Source: an uncultured Eubacteriales bacterium (GTDB lineage: Bacteria > Bacillota > Clostridia > Monoglobales > UMGS1388). From it: a stretch of 46,089 bases of DNA. Made by a program: the position numbers and the translations under genes. The stretch lies in NCBI GenBank assembly GCA_900551345.1, contig URVP01000002.1, positions 1 to 46,089 on the forward strand, in the 5' to 3' direction. Positions 27,487 through 38,462 of this stretch are shown piece by piece (the first letter of the stretch is position 1; each line of letters opens with the position of its first letter). The notes under the pieces are model-generated. The model saw only the letters and a program-made list of their open reading frames with translations. It made no database searches and was not told the origin of the DNA.

Positions 27487-29307
27487 TTATTTCTTTTGAG
27501 CCAAAGCTTTTGCCCTCAGTGATTTATTAAGTATCATTTTCCTCATACGAATATTTTGCGGTGTTATCTCTACTAATTCGTCATCAGCAATAAACTCAAG
27601 GCACTGTTCAAGACTGAGAATAACGGGTGATACCAGCTTTAATGCATCGTCAGAACCTGCCGCACGCATGTTTGTAACATGTTTCTTTTTGCATACATTA
27701 ACTACAAGGTCTTCGGCTTTTGCATTTTCTCCTACGATCATCCCTTCGTATACCTCAACTCCGGCGCCGAAAAAGAGTCTGCCTCTGTCCTGAGCATTGA
27801 AAAGTCCGTATGCTGTTGTTTCTCCTGTTTCCCATGCCACTATGGAGCCGTGAGCTCTTTCCTGTATATCTCCTTTATATGGCTCATATCCATCAAATAC
27901 ATGGTTCATGATACCGTATCCTTTTGTGTCGGTAAGCAATTCACTGCGGTATCCCATAAGACATCTAGCGGGAATTTTAAATTCCAGCCTTACACTGCCT
28001 CTGTCATCTGAAGTCATATTGAGCATTTCAGCTTTCCTGCCGCCGAGCTTTTCCATTACAACGCCTACATAGTCGTTTGGCACATCAATGGTAAGAAGCT
28101 CCATGGGTTCTTGTTTTATACCGTCTATGGTTTTAAAGATAACCTGAGGACGGGACACTTGGAATTCATAATCCTCCCGGCGCATGGTTTCGATAAGTAT
28201 GGACAGATGGAGTTCGCCTCTTCCCGAAACCTTAAAAGCGTCAGGTGTTTCCGTTTCCTCTACCCGCAGGCTTACATTTGTTTCCAGCTCTTTAAAAAGT
28301 CTGTCACGCAGATGCCGTGATGTAACGTATTTACCTTCCTGTCCTGCAAAAGGAGAAGTGTTTACCATGAAACGCATGGAAAGCGTGGGTTCATCTATTT
28401 TTACAAAGTCGAGAGGCTCGATACAATCTCCGTCACATACAGTTTCTCCGATTTTTAAATCTCCTATGCCTGCTACTGCAACAAGGTCTCCCAGACTTGC
28501 TGATTCAGTATCCACTCTTTTAAGCCCTTCAAACTGGAACAGCTTTGTAATTTTTATTTTTTCCTGCTTTCCTTCAGGATTACAAAGGACTGCTTGCTGG
28601 CCTGCTTTTACGCTTCCTCTCATAACCCTGCCTATACCAATTCTGCCGATGTATTCGTCATAGTCAACATTTGTAAATAAAAGCTGTAAAGGTTTGTCCA
28701 TCTCACCTTTAGGAGCAGGAATTTCTTTTAGTATTGTATCCAGGAGCGGTTTCATATCAGTTCCTTTTTCCTCAAGACTGAGAGAGGAATAACCGTCTCT
28801 GCCGGAAGCATAAACGATGGGGAATTCCAGCTGATCTTCATCTGCACCAAGCTCTATAAATAAATCTATCAGTTCGTCGATAACCTCTTCGGGACGAGCG
28901 CCGTCACGGTCTATTTTGTTTATTACAACGATAGGTTTCTTTTTAAGTCCCAACGCCTTTTTAAGGACAAATCTTGTCTGAGGCATACATCCTTCAAATG
29001 CGTCTACCAGCAAAAGAACGCCGTCTACCATCATAAGTATTCGCTCTACCTCGCCTCCAAAGTCGGCATGACCGGGGGTGTCAACAATGTTTATTTTTAC
29101 GCCGTTATACAGAATAGCGGTGTTTTTGGATAGAATGGTAATTCCTCTTTCCCTCTCCAAATCATTTGAGTCCATAACACGCTCTTCCACCTGCTCATTG
29201 GCACGAAATATACCCGACTGTTTGAGCATTTCGTCAACCAATGTTGTTTTGCCATGGTCTACATGAGCAATTATGGCGATGTTTCTTATGTCGTTTCTTA
29301 CATCCAT
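27487..29307 (-). CDS. typA: Translational GTPase TypA/BipA
   Basis: Motifs are IRNIAIIAHVDHGKTTLVD, DTPGHADFGGEVER and NKIDR. The ATG at 29307 is 8 nt after GGAAGG. Confidence 0.95.
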   Translation of the reverse strand: MDVRNDIRNIAIIAHVDHGKTTLVDEMLKQSGIFRANEQVEERVMDSNDLERERGITILSKNTAILYNGVKINIVDTPGHADFGGEVERILMMVDGVLLLVDAFEGCMPQTRFVLKKALGLKKKPIVVINKIDRDGARPEEVIDELIDLFIELGADEDQLEFPIVYASGRDGYSSLSLEEKGTDMKPLLDTILKEIPAPKGEMDKPLQLLFTNVDYDEYIGRIGIGRVMRGSVKAGQQAVLCNPEGKQEKIKITKLFQFEGLKRVDTESASLGDLVAVAGIGDLKIGETVCDGDCIEPLDFVKIDEPTLSMRFMVNTSPFAGQEGKYVTSRHLRDRLFKELETNVSLRVEETETPDAFKVSGRGELHLSILIETMRREDYEFQVSRPQVIFKTIDGIKQEPMELLTIDVPNDYVGVVMEKLGGRKAEMLNMTSDDRGSVRLEFKIPARCLMGYRSELLTDTKGYGIMNHVFDGYEPYKGDIQERAHGSIVAWETGETTAYGLFNAQDRGRLFFGAGVEVYEGMIVGENAKAEDLVVNVCKKKHVTNMRAAGSDDALKLVSPVILSLEQCLEFIADDELVEITPQNIRMRKMILNKSLRAKALAQKK

Positions 29308-29483
29308 TAGTATAACCTTCCTTAACTTGTTCATATGTAAATTAATCCATATATATCATATCTTAACCCGTGTAAAATGTAAATAGTCACTTTACAGGAA
29401 TATTCTTTGAAAAACCCGGATGCCATGGTAATAATATATAAATTCAGTGTCTTGCAGATTACAACATATATAATAAATTGTTA

Positions 29484-29512
29484 TTGTAAACCTTTTAAAA
29501 AGATGTTAAAAT
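29484..29512 (+). promoter_or_regulatory. Possible promoter (TTGTAA-17 nt-TAAAAT) for the methyltransferase-ecf-truA block
   Basis: The hexamers have exact 17-nt spacing and lie about 110 nt upstream of the ATG at 29622. In AT-rich DNA this could be a chance match. Confidence 0.35.
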
Positions 29513-29621
29513 TATAAGAAACACTTTTATAATTAAGCTTATATACAGACTAATCGCAAATTTGATGCCCAAGCGGCAGGGCGATTGATGATTTAATAAA
29601 TAAAAACGGGAGTAATTTATT

Positions 29622-30473
29622 ATGTGGATTGCTGACGGTTGGAAAGAATATGAATTAATAGATGCTGCGGACGGCTGCCGTCTTGAAAGATGGTGTGATG
29701 ATATTTATATCCGCCCCGACCCCATGGCGGTGTGGGAAAGCAGAGGAAACGATACCCGATGGAAAAGACCGGCTGCCGAATATTTTCGTTCGGACAAGGG
29801 CGGAGGAAAGTGGGAATTTTATAAAAAATTGCCCGAAACTCTGCATTTGCATTACGGAGAATGTACTTTTAAAATAAAACCTATGGGATTTAAGCATATG
29901 GGCATTTTCCCGGAACAGGCAGTTAACTGGGAATGGTGCTCCAAGCTTATAAAAAACGCAAACAGACCTATAAAGGTGCTTAATTTATTCGCTTATACGG
30001 GCGGAGCAACCATTATGGCGGCAAAAGCCGGAGCTTCGGTGTGCCATGTGGACGCTTCAAAAGGTATTGTGCAGATGGCAAAGGAAAATGCACAGCTTAG
30101 CGGACTTGAGCAGCATCCCATAAGATATATTGTTGACGATTGCGCCAAGTTTGTTGCCAGAGAGATAAGACGAGGCTCAAAATATGACGGCATTATTCTT
30201 GACCCTCCTTCTTACGGCAGAGGACCGGGAGGCGAAGTGTGGAAGATGGAGGAGAAAATATGCGGACTTCTCAATCTTTGCAGACAGGTTCTTACGGACA
30301 AGCCTCTTTTTGTTCTTCTTAATTCATATACAACAGGCATAAGCGCAGGAGTAATAGAAAACCTTATGAAAATAACCTTTGGTAGTGATGCCCGTGCACA
30401 GGAAATAGGACTTCCCATAACTTCAAGAGGTCTTGTAATGCCTTGCGGATGCAGCGGCAGAAAGGAATGGTAA
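29622..30473 (+). CDS. Class I SAM-dependent methyltransferase (RlmI/RlmK-like catalytic domain, no PUA)
   Basis: Motif I is [16 protein letters not shown] and motif IV is [10 protein letters not shown] cannot assign the target. Confidence 0.8.
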   Translation: MWIADGWKEYELIDAADGCRLERWCDDIYIRPDPMAVWESRGNDTRWKRPAAEYFRSDKGGGKWEFYKKLPETLHLHYGECTFKIKPMGFKHMGIFPEQAVNWEWCSKLIKNANRPIKVLNLFAYTGGATIMAAKAGASVCHVDASKGIVQMAKENAQLSGLEQHPIRYIVDDCAKFVAREIRRGSKYDGIILDPPSYGRGPGGEVWKMEEKICGLLNLCRQVLTDKPLFVLLNSYTTGISAGVIENLMKITFGSDARAQEIGLPITSRGLVMPCGCSGRKEW

Positions 30474-30474
30474 A

Positions 30475-31281
30475 GTGATAAAGACAGAAAATCTCTGCTT
30501 TGGCTATAAAGAGGGAGAATATGTACTTGATCATGTAAATATTCATATACGAAAAGGTGAGTTTGTAGCAATTCTGGGGCATAACGGGAGCGGCAAATCC
30601 ACTCTTGCCAAGCACTTTAACGCACTGTTGCTTCCTACAGAGGGCAAGGTGTATTCCGGCGGAATTGACACTTCTGACGAAGAGCGTGTTTTTGATGTGC
30701 GGCAAAAAATAGGCATGGTTTTTCAAAATCCTGATAATCAGATTGTGGCGGCAATAGTAGAGGAAGATGTTGCCTTTGCGGCTGAAAATCTTGGCGTACC
30801 CTCTAAAGAAATACGGGAAAGAGTTGACTGGGCACTGTCAGTGGTGGGCCTTTCCGAGTTTGCTTCATATGCACCACATCTTCTTTCGGGCGGACAAAAG
30901 CAAAAGGTTGCCATTGCCGGTATACTTGCCATGAAACCCGAGTGCATTGTGCTTGATGAGCCTACTGCCATGCTGGATCCAAAGGGCAGACGGGATGTTA
31001 TGCGTACACTCAGAAAGCTTAATCAAGACGGCATAACCATAGTGCTTGTAACTCATAACATGGACGAAGCCGCTCAGGCACAGCGGATAATTGTTATGTC
31101 GGACGGAAAAGTGGTTGAGGAAGGGACGCCTCAACAGGTTTTCGGAAAGGTGGATAAAATCCGTTCTCTTGGACTGGATGTTCCTCAGGTAACCGAGCTT
31201 ATGTATGAAGTAGGGCTTAAGCCTGTTTTAAATGTTGACGAAGCCTATGAAATATTAAAAAATAAGCTTAAGCATAAATAA
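30475..31281 (+). CDS. ecfA1: ECF transporter ATPase component A1
   Basis: It has a GTG start. Walker A is GHNGSGKST, the signature is LSGGQKQKV, and Walker B is [11 protein letters not shown]. Confidence 0.9.
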   Translation: MIKTENLCFGYKEGEYVLDHVNIHIRKGEFVAILGHNGSGKSTLAKHFNALLLPTEGKVYSGGIDTSDEERVFDVRQKIGMVFQNPDNQIVAAIVEEDVAFAAENLGVPSKEIRERVDWALSVVGLSEFASYAPHLLSGGQKQKVAIAGILAMKPECIVLDEPTAMLDPKGRRDVMRTLRKLNQDGITIVLVTHNMDEAAQAQRIIVMSDGKVVEEGTPQQVFGKVDKIRSLGLDVPQVTELMYEVGLKPVLNVDEAYEILKNKLKHK

Positions 31282-31312
31282 AGCAAGATAATGATAAAAA
31301 GGAGCTATCATA

Positions 31313-32149
31313 TTGATAGAATTAAATAAAGCGTGCTATGTTTATCAGGCAGGAGTTCCTTATGAAAAACATGCACTTAATGAAGCTACTTTAAATATAA
31401 ATAAGGGCGAATTTATCGGTATAATAGGCCATACCGGAAGCGGTAAATCTACCATGATACAACTTATGAACGCTCTTTTGCTGCCTACCTCGGGAACAGT
31501 CACGGTAGACGGCTGCGTTACTACACAAAAGGATGCAGACCTACGCAGTATCAGGTTTAAGGTGGGTATGGTGTTTCAATACCCCGAACATCAGATTTTT
31601 GAAGAAACCGTTCAGGATGAAATATCATTTGGCCCTAAAAACGAGGGGCTTTCCGGAGCGGAACTTGAAGAAAGAGTGTTAAGCGCCATGAGAGCAGTTC
31701 ATATTCCGGAAAAATGGCGGACTCTTTCTCCCTTTGAGCTTTCCGGAGGTCAGAAGAGAAGAGTTGCCATTGCAAGTATTCTTGCCATGCAGCCTCAGGT
31801 GCTTATTTTGGACGAGCCTACAGCCGGTCTTGACCCGGAGTCGCGTCGAAAATTGCTTGCTGAGGTAAGGCAGATGCATGACAGGCTGGGTATAACCGTT
31901 ATTCTTATATCACACAGCATGGAGGACATAGCCGGCATTGCAGACAGAATTGTGGCAATGCATAAGGGCAGAGTGAAATTCGACGGGCCGCCTCACGAGG
32001 TTTTCCGCCATATAGATGAACTTGAAAAAATAGGTCTCTCGGTTCCCGAGGTAACCATTCTTACCTCAAGATTGGGACTTCCGCTGTGCTTTACGGTTGA
32101 ACAGGCGGCAGAGGAAATAAATAAGGAGTTAAAAAAGCAAAATGCTTAA
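31313..32149 (+). CDS. ecfA2: ECF transporter ATPase component A2
   Basis: The TTG start is 8 nt after AAGGAG. Walker A is GHTGSGKST, the signature is LSGGQKRRV, and Walker B is LILDEPTAGLD. Confidence 0.9.
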   Translation: MIELNKACYVYQAGVPYEKHALNEATLNINKGEFIGIIGHTGSGKSTMIQLMNALLLPTSGTVTVDGCVTTQKDADLRSIRFKVGMVFQYPEHQIFEETVQDEISFGPKNEGLSGAELEERVLSAMRAVHIPEKWRTLSPFELSGGQKRRVAIASILAMQPQVLILDEPTAGLDPESRRKLLAEVRQMHDRLGITVILISHSMEDIAGIADRIVAMHKGRVKFDGPPHEVFRHIDELEKIGLSVPEVTILTSRLGLPLCFTVEQAAEEINKELKKQNA

Positions 32150-32951
32150 AGATATTACATTCGGACAATTTTTCCCCGGCAATTCATTTTTGCACCGTAT
32201 GGATGCAAGGGTTAAAATTGTGCTGACAATTGCATATATAGTGCTTATTTTCTGTGTTCAGAATTTTTTCAGCTATGGGGTTTTTATTGCCTTTACGCTC
32301 TTTCTTATGCTGATTTCCGAAATCCCGGTAAAAACATATTTAAAGAGTGTTAAGCCCATGTTCATTTTTATTATGATTACTGCGGTTTTCAACCTGTTTT
32401 TATCTGACGGAAACATACTTTGGAGCTGGGGTGTGCTTAAAATTACTGACAAAGGAATAATTCTTGCGGTTCAGATGATAATTCGCGTAACCCTTTTGGT
32501 TATAGGCAGCTCGGTGCTTACCTATACCACATCGCCCATTCGTCTTACTTCGGCGATTGAATCCCTTATGAAACCTCTTTCCAAAATCGGGGTGCCTTCT
32601 CATGAAATTGCAATGATGATGACCATTGCTCTCAGATTTATACCCACTCTTATAGATGAGGCGGACAAGATAACAAAAGCTCAGACTGCAAGAGGTGCAG
32701 ACTTTTCGGGTGGAAATATCATTAAAAGGGCAAAATCCATGATCCCTTTGTTGGTACCGTTATTTATAAGTGCCTTCAGAAGGGCGGATGATCTTGCAAT
32801 AGCCATGGAGAGCAGATGTTATCACGGAGGCGAAGGCAGAACAAGCCTTTATGTTCCGAAAATCGGAAAAACGGATATAATGGGAATCGCTGTAATTATA
32901 CTGCTTATCGGCATAATTGCTGCCGAAACTTATATTTTCCCCGTGGCTTGA
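32142..32951 (+). CDS. ecfT: ECF transporter transmembrane component T
   Basis: It is a multi-TM protein with the conserved ARGADF coupling motif (QTARGADFSGG). It overlaps ecfA2 by 8 nt. Confidence 0.88.
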   Translation: MLKDITFGQFFPGNSFLHRMDARVKIVLTIAYIVLIFCVQNFFSYGVFIAFTLFLMLISEIPVKTYLKSVKPMFIFIMITAVFNLFLSDGNILWSWGVLKITDKGIILAVQMIIRVTLLVIGSSVLTYTTSPIRLTSAIESLMKPLSKIGVPSHEIAMMMTIALRFIPTLIDEADKITKAQTARGADFSGGNIIKRAKSMIPLLVPLFISAFRRADDLAIAMESRCYHGGEGRTSLYVPKIGKTDIMGIAVIILLIGIIAAETYIFPVA

Positions 32952-33094
32952 CAAGAGCGGAGTTAATGCCTATAATTATACTGTTAAGGGCTTGATTCGT
33001 TTGCCGAACAAGTCTTTTGGTGCTTTATTCTTAATTAACTGCAAGAAGAATTTGTTTTATATTAATAATTTTATTTGGGAGAATGTTATTCTGT

Positions 33095-33826
33095 ATGAAT
33101 ATCAGACTGCGTATTTCTTATGACGGTACGGCATATCACGGCTGGCAAAGACAGGAAAATGCCCTTACGGTTCAGCAGCTTATCGAAGAAGCTATTTTAA
33201 AAATAACCGGCAGCATGCCTTCCGTATGCGGATGCAGCCGTACTGATTCAGGCGTTCATGCCCGTTCTTATTATTGTAATTTTTATTCTGAAACGAAAAT
33301 CCCCTGTGAAAAAATCCCTTTAGCTCTCAATACTGCACTTCCTCAAGATGTTAGGGTAGAAGAAGCACAGATCGTAAATGATGATTTTCATTCTCGTTTT
33401 TCCGCTAAAGATAAAACATACAGATATTATATCAGAAACAGTCATGTATCCGATGCGTTTTCGGGGAGATATTCATACCTTGTACCCGTATCGTTAGATC
33501 TGGAAAGCATGAGGACGGCGGCAGAATATTTTGTGGGAACGCATGATTTTACTGCTTTTATGGCGTCAGGCGGTCAACAGAAAACAACTGTACGAACGGT
33601 AAACCATCTTACAGTTGAAAAAAATCAAAATATGATTTGCATTGAAATAAATGCTAACGCATATTTATATAATATGGTCCGAATTATAGCGGGAACCCTT
33701 GTATATGTGGGAATGGGCAAGATAAAACCCGAAGAAATCCCTGCAATAATAGATAGCAGAGATAGGACAAGAGCAGGAATTACTGCACCCGCAAAGGGAT
33801 TGTTTCTTTATGAGATAAACTATTAA
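33095..33826 (+). CDS. truA: tRNA pseudouridine(38-40) synthase
   Basis: It begins MNIRLRISYDGTAYHGWQRQ and has the catalytic-Asp motif GCSRTDSGVHA. The alternative start at 33083 adds 4 aa, so the start is ambiguous. Confidence 0.9.
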   Translation: MNIRLRISYDGTAYHGWQRQENALTVQQLIEEAILKITGSMPSVCGCSRTDSGVHARSYYCNFYSETKIPCEKIPLALNTALPQDVRVEEAQIVNDDFHSRFSAKDKTYRYYIRNSHVSDAFSGRYSYLVPVSLDLESMRTAAEYFVGTHDFTAFMASGGQQKTTVRTVNHLTVEKNQNMICIEINANAYLYNMVRIIAGTLVYVGMGKIKPEEIPAIIDSRDRTRAGITAPAKGLFLYEINY

Positions 33827-33845
33827 AACAGAGGAATGAAAAAAT

Positions 33846-34976
33846 ATGAAGATGAAGAAAACGATTAAAGAGCTATCATTGCTTAAACAGAATAAAAGAA
33901 ATATTATCACTTTTGCGGTTATTGCTGTTTTGGTAATTGCAGGCAGTCTTATTTATTCTTTCCGTTATAATATTATGTTTAATGGAAAAGGTTATGCCAA
34001 ACCAACCTCAATATATACCTTTGATGATTCAAAACAGAACAGTGTATACCCATTTGATGATAACCTTATTGTGGTTAACAATGAAGGAGTAATTTGTGTC
34101 GATAAAAACGGGAAAGAAGTTTTTAATGTAACGGCAAAAACAAGTTCGCCTTTGATTAAAACTGCCGGAGAATATATCCTGCTTGCTGATTGCGGAGGTA
34201 CGGAGGTTTATATTATCAATGACGGCGAAATAATCAATAATTTCAGTGCTGAAAATGAAATAATTAATGGCAGTATTAACTCCAAAGGCAGAGCTGTGGT
34301 TATAACCAACGAAACCAGCTACCGCAATGTTGTAACTGCATATAACAGCCGGGGTGAAGAACTTTACAAATGGAAGAACTCGGATTTTTACATAATTGAT
34401 GCGGTTTTGTCCTATGATGGGTCAAGACTTGCCGCAACGTATATTTCTACAGATAACCAACAGTTGACCGGCGGTGTAATTATGGTTGATGTAAGACAGG
34501 AAGAGGTTCTCGGCCGTTTGAGTTATGAAGGTGGTGTTTTCCCGTTTATCGCCTTTAACGGAGATAATTCCGTTACGGCTGTGGGTGATACTATGATGGT
34601 CGGGGTTAGTAAAAAAGGTGAAGAAGAATGGAAAATTGAATACGACGGCAAAAAACTACAGACTTTTGCTTTTCGTGAAGGGGACGGAACAACTCTGTCT
34701 TTTGAGAACAATGCCAATAACAGTACCATTATCTCATATGACAAAAACGGAAAAGAAAGAGGTGCAAAGCGTCTGGATTTCAGCGTAGTTAATCTTGATA
34801 TGAGATCCGGCCTTACACTCGTCACAGGTTCGGACAGAGCTATAGCAGTGGATAGAAAATGCAATCAAAGAGTACAGGTTATATTTGAGCAGGAATTCAA
34901 ATCCGGTTGGCTCAAAGATAATAAAAGTATGATATATCTTATAAACGGTTCAAATATTGAAGTCGTAAAATTATAA
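33846..34976 (+). CDS. Hypothetical membrane-anchored, beta-rich (propeller-like) protein
   Basis: GAGGAA lies 9 nt upstream. A single N-terminal TM helix (IITFAVIAVLVIAGSLIY) is followed by repetitive beta-strand-like segments. I do not recognise a family with confidence. Confidence 0.6.
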   Translation: MKMKKTIKELSLLKQNKRNIITFAVIAVLVIAGSLIYSFRYNIMFNGKGYAKPTSIYTFDDSKQNSVYPFDDNLIVVNNEGVICVDKNGKEVFNVTAKTSSPLIKTAGEYILLADCGGTEVYIINDGEIINNFSAENEIINGSINSKGRAVVITNETSYRNVVTAYNSRGEELYKWKNSDFYIIDAVLSYDGSRLAATYISTDNQQLTGGVIMVDVRQEEVLGRLSYEGGVFPFIAFNGDNSVTAVGDTMMVGVSKKGEEEWKIEYDGKKLQTFAFREGDGTTLSFENNANNSTIISYDKNGKERGAKRLDFSVVNLDMRSGLTLVTGSDRAIAVDRKCNQRVQVIFEQEFKSGWLKDNKSMIYLINGSNIEVVKL

Positions 34977-34988
34977 GGGGGTTGTAAG

Positions 34989-35399
34989 TTGATTGCAGAT
35001 ATTGTATTAATAGTGTTGTTTGCTTTGTCTTTAATTAATGGATATAAAAAAGGGTTTGTAAAAACTTTGTTTCGCTTTGCAGGCCTTTTTATATTCCTTG
35101 TTCTTTTTGTGTTTTTATATAATCCTGTAGGAGCCGCTTTCGGAGGCGGAACAACCGGGGTTATCGCTGCGGCGGCGGTGTCATTTGCGGTGTCATATGC
35201 AGCGGAACATCTGCTGTGCAAAATAGCAAAACTTCCTTTGCTCAATCAGGTTAATAAATTGTTGGGAGCACTGCTTGGTTTGGTAAACGGAGCGGTTCTG
35301 ACAATTATCCTTTCATTTGTTTTTGTCTCTGTGGATTTTCTCAATGCATATACCGAAAATTCACAAATCATCAATTATGTAATTTCTTATTTTAAATAA
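34989..35399 (+). CDS. cvpA: CvpA-family membrane protein
   Basis: The TTG start follows AAGGGGG. The N-terminus IADIVLIVLFALSLINGYKKGFVKTLF is typical of CvpA. It has about 4 TM helices. Confidence 0.72.
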   Translation: MIADIVLIVLFALSLINGYKKGFVKTLFRFAGLFIFLVLFVFLYNPVGAAFGGGTTGVIAAAAVSFAVSYAAEHLLCKIAKLPLLNQVNKLLGALLGLVNGAVLTIILSFVFVSVDFLNAYTENSQIINYVISYFK

Positions 35400-35541
35400 A
35401 CGCATTTATATTGTTGTATCGGATGTGTTGTGTCTGTAGGGCAATGGATATTAAAGATATTTGTTATAGTTGCTCCCTGTATGCCCGCAGTGGGGAGTAT
35501 GAATAAAGCGTCTGTGCGCGGGCAGAAAGGCTATGGTTTTT

Positions 35542-36981
35542 ATGGATTACAGCAAAATAAAAGTGGATGAACTTAGAGTTATTGCCAAAGAGAAGGGCAT
35601 AGAAAATGTAACTAAAATGAAGAAAAAAGAACTTGTGCAGGTTCTTGCCGAGATGGAAGATAAAAAAGAAACGGAAAAACTGCCCAAAAGCAAACCGTCA
35701 ACCGAAAAAAAGCTACAGAAAAATAATCATAATGATTCAGACTTTTCTGAGGAGCACGATAGCTCTGCGGAGCAAGAAAATGACGGTCAATCTGAGCATA
35801 ATGAAATAGACTCTGAAAATACGGAAAACCATGAGGAAAAAAGTCATGGGGCTCAGCGTACCGATACAAAAACAGTAACAGGAGTTCTTGAAGTATGTGA
35901 GGATGGATATGGATTTCTTAGGGGAGAAAATTATCTTACCACTGCTGATGATGTATATGTTTCTCCCACTCAGATAAGACGATTTCGGCTTAAAACCGGT
36001 GACGAAATAGTGGGAATTGCAAGACTTCAGCGTGAAAACGAAAGATTTTGTGCTCTGCTTTATGTCAATACGGTAAACGGTGACCCGCCCGGAACTGCCA
36101 TACGCCGGGTTCCTTTTGAAAACCTCACCCCCGTATACCCGGATAAAAGGTTGAAGCTTGAGGGGGACGGAAGTGACTGTTCAACTCGTCTTATTGATCT
36201 TGTTGCCCCTATCGGTATGGGTCAGAGAGGGATTATTGTATCTCCGCCTAAATCGGGCAAAACTACATTACTTAAAAATATAGCTAACAGTATTTCACAT
36301 AATTATCCTGATATTAAGCTTATTGTATTGCTTATTGATGAGCGACCTGAAGAAGTTACGGATATGCAGCGCAGTATAAAAGGAGAGGTTATATATTCTA
36401 CTTTTGACGAGATGGCGGAACATCATGTTAAGGTGGCTGAAATGGTTCTTGAAAGAGCAATGCGTCTTGTAGAACATAAAAAGGATGTATGTATACTACT
36501 TGACAGCATTACCCGTCTTGCCCGTTCGTATAATTTGGTAATACCTCCAACGGGCCGCACGCTTTCGGGCGGTATAGACCCGGGAGCACTTCATAAGCCC
36601 AAACGCTTTTTCGGTGCAGCAAGAAATATCGAAAACGGCGGCAGCCTTACTATCCTTGCAACGGCTCTTATCGAGACCGGAAGCCGCATGGACGATGTTA
36701 TTTATGAAGAATTTAAGGGTACAGGTAATATGGAGATTCATCTTAACCGAAAACTTCAGGAAAGACGAATTTTCCCTGCTGTAGATATTGCAAAAAGCGG
36801 AACAAGGAAAGAAGAACTTCTGCTTACAAAAGAAGAGGCAGATGCAATGTATACGATACGCAGGGCACTTGACAGCAAGTCTCCTGCCGATGTAACCGAA
36901 ACTCTTATAAACCAACTTGTTGCATCTTCAAATAACAATGAATTTATAGTGCGTATTAACAGAATTTTTAAAAATTTATAA
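35542..36981 (+). CDS. rho: Transcription termination factor Rho, with an N-terminal insertion
   Basis: The Rho_N region is [14 protein letters not shown]. The RNA-binding OB motif is [14 protein letters not shown], Walker A is [18 protein letters not shown], followed by [13 protein letters not shown]. The ATG at 35542 is better spaced from GAAAGG than the one at 35533. Confidence 0.95.
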   Translation: MDYSKIKVDELRVIAKEKGIENVTKMKKKELVQVLAEMEDKKETEKLPKSKPSTEKKLQKNNHNDSDFSEEHDSSAEQENDGQSEHNEIDSENTENHEEKSHGAQRTDTKTVTGVLEVCEDGYGFLRGENYLTTADDVYVSPTQIRRFRLKTGDEIVGIARLQRENERFCALLYVNTVNGDPPGTAIRRVPFENLTPVYPDKRLKLEGDGSDCSTRLIDLVAPIGMGQRGIIVSPPKSGKTTLLKNIANSISHNYPDIKLIVLLIDERPEEVTDMQRSIKGEVIYSTFDEMAEHHVKVAEMVLERAMRLVEHKKDVCILLDSITRLARSYNLVIPPTGRTLSGGIDPGALHKPKRFFGAARNIENGGSLTILATALIETGSRMDDVIYEEFKGTGNMEIHLNRKLQERRIFPAVDIAKSGTRKEELLLTKEEADAMYTIRRALDSKSPADVTETLINQLVASSNNNEFIVRINRIFKNL

Positions 36982-37012
36982 TTCAGATTAAGCCCAAGCT
37001 ACAGTAAAAAAT

Positions 37013-37047
37013 GAGGACGATTGCATTTGCAAAGGTCCTCTTTTTTT
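37013..37047 (+). terminator. Rho-independent terminator after rho
   Basis: The hairpin is GAGGAC-GA-TTGCA-TT-TGCAA-AG-GTCCTC, followed by TTTTTTT. Confidence 0.8.
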
Positions 37048-37277
37048 GTATTTGTAAATTTACTTAGCCGTTGGGGTGAAGAGTTAAAGACGAAATTCTC
37101 AGGATTATAAACCACCCTTTCATATCGTCGAATTTTAAAGTGCGTATATTTGTTATGAGGGTGTTCCCAAAACCAATATAAATAAAATAAGCTGTTAAAA
37201 AAATCAACGATGCTCAGCAGTCAAGAAACAAGCTTTAAATATCGGTTTTTACTTAATACGGTGCGTTTAAACATATA

Positions 37278-37306
37278 TTGACATATTGTTGTATTTTTGT
37301 TAAAAT
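37278..37306 (+). promoter_or_regulatory. Sigma-70-type promoter (TTGACA-17 nt-TAAAAT) of the surface operon
   Basis: TTGACA lies at 37278-37283, then a 17-nt spacer, then TAAAAT at 37301-37306, 40 nt upstream of the ATG at 37347. The long ORF start at 37278 coincides with the -35 box and is rejected. Confidence 0.6.
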
Positions 37307-37346
37307 AAATTGTAATCCGAAACTTAAGAGAGTAGGAGAGTCAGTT

Positions 37347-38462
37347 ATGAATATAGCCATATTTTCATCGGATTTAAAATCCGTAGAAGTTAATCAAATT
37401 GATTTTATTCTTGAACTTATAGAAAGAAAGCACAACCCCATAATTTATGTTCTTAATGACAGCAGAGAAAGCGAAATTTTTAAGAGAATAAATATAAAGG
37501 TCATTAATATAGATTTTCTTCACGAAGATGTTTGTATGCTAAGATCTTTCGGCCCCATAAATAAACTGGCAGATATATTTGAGGATAACGGAACAGAAAT
37601 TCTCATTTCATCATCAGCTCCTGCGTGTATTTACGGTGCCATTGCAGCAAGCCGTGCCGGAGTTGATAAAATTATATCTCAGTTTACGGGTATCGGAAGA
37701 CTATTTCAGACTAATAAAAAATTAAAAAAAGCTTATATTAAATTTCTCTGTAAAAGAGCAACTAAAAAGTCCGATAAGGTAATTTTTCACAATATGGACA
37801 ATATGATGTTTTTTACCGATAAGAAACTTGTTAAGAGTGATAAGGCGGTACTTTTGGGCGGCTATGGAATAAATACGGAGGAATACACCAGAACGGAATA
37901 TAAAAATACCAACATATTCCTTATGGCTGCTTCCCTTTCGGTGGATAAAGGTATATGGGAATATATTCAAGCAGCCGGGATCGTTAAACAGCTTAAAAAG
38001 GACTGTGTTTTTAAATTGCTTATAAAACCTGATCCGTCCCCATATGCAATAGAATTATCTGAAATAATGCCTTATGCAGAAAAAGGATACATAGAACTTG
38101 CACAGGATTATGATGAAAATTTGGAAAAGTTTATGGATGGATGTTCTTGCTTTGTTCTTCCGTCCTATCATGAGGCAATGCCCTTTGAGCTTTTACTGGC
38201 AATGGCAAAAGGCAGACCTGTAATTGCTTCTGATGTTCCCGGCTGCCGGGACGCTGTGCTTGATGGTATAAACGGATATATTATACCTCCTCAAAATGTA
38301 GAGGTACTTGTTCAGAGAATTTTGAGTATTCTTGATAACCCTGAAAAATCAGCGGAAATGGCAAAGGAAAGTTACAGCATATGTACTCAGAAATATGATG
38401 TGTATGATGTTGCGGATAAACTTATTGATATTATCTTTACTCCGGTTGGTGATGATAAATGA
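37347..38462 (+). CDS. GT4-family (group 1) glycosyltransferase
   Basis: The ATG follows GTAGGAGAG. The C-terminal EX7E-type region is YHEAMPFELLLAMAKGRPVIASDVPGCRDAVLDGINGYII. Confidence 0.85.
   Translation: MNIAIFSSDLKSVEVNQIDFILELIERKHNPIIYVLNDSRESEIFKRINIKVINIDFLHEDVCMLRSFGPINKLADIFEDNGTEILISSSAPACIYGAIAASRAGVDKIISQFTGIGRLFQTNKKLKKAYIKFLCKRATKKSDKVIFHNMDNMMFFTDKKLVKSDKAVLLGGYGINTEEYTRTEYKNTNIFLMAASLSVDKGIWEYIQAAGIVKQLKKDCVFKLLIKPDPSPYAIELSEIMPYAEKGYIELAQDYDENLEKFMDGCSCFVLPSYHEAMPFELLLAMAKGRPVIASDVPGCRDAVLDGINGYIIPPQNVEVLVQRILSILDNPEKSAEMAKESYSICTQKYDVYDVADKLIDIIFTPVGDDK

Noticed and set aside
37109-37165. An imperfect inverted repeat (AACCACCCTTTCAT ... ATGAGGGTGTT) between the rho terminator and the surface-operon promoter, considered as an invertible-promoter boundary or riboswitch stem.
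   Set aside because: It is a single hairpin with bulges. It lies upstream of the promoter rather than flanking it, so it does not have inverton geometry. It lies outside any predicted transcript and has no recognisable riboswitch core.
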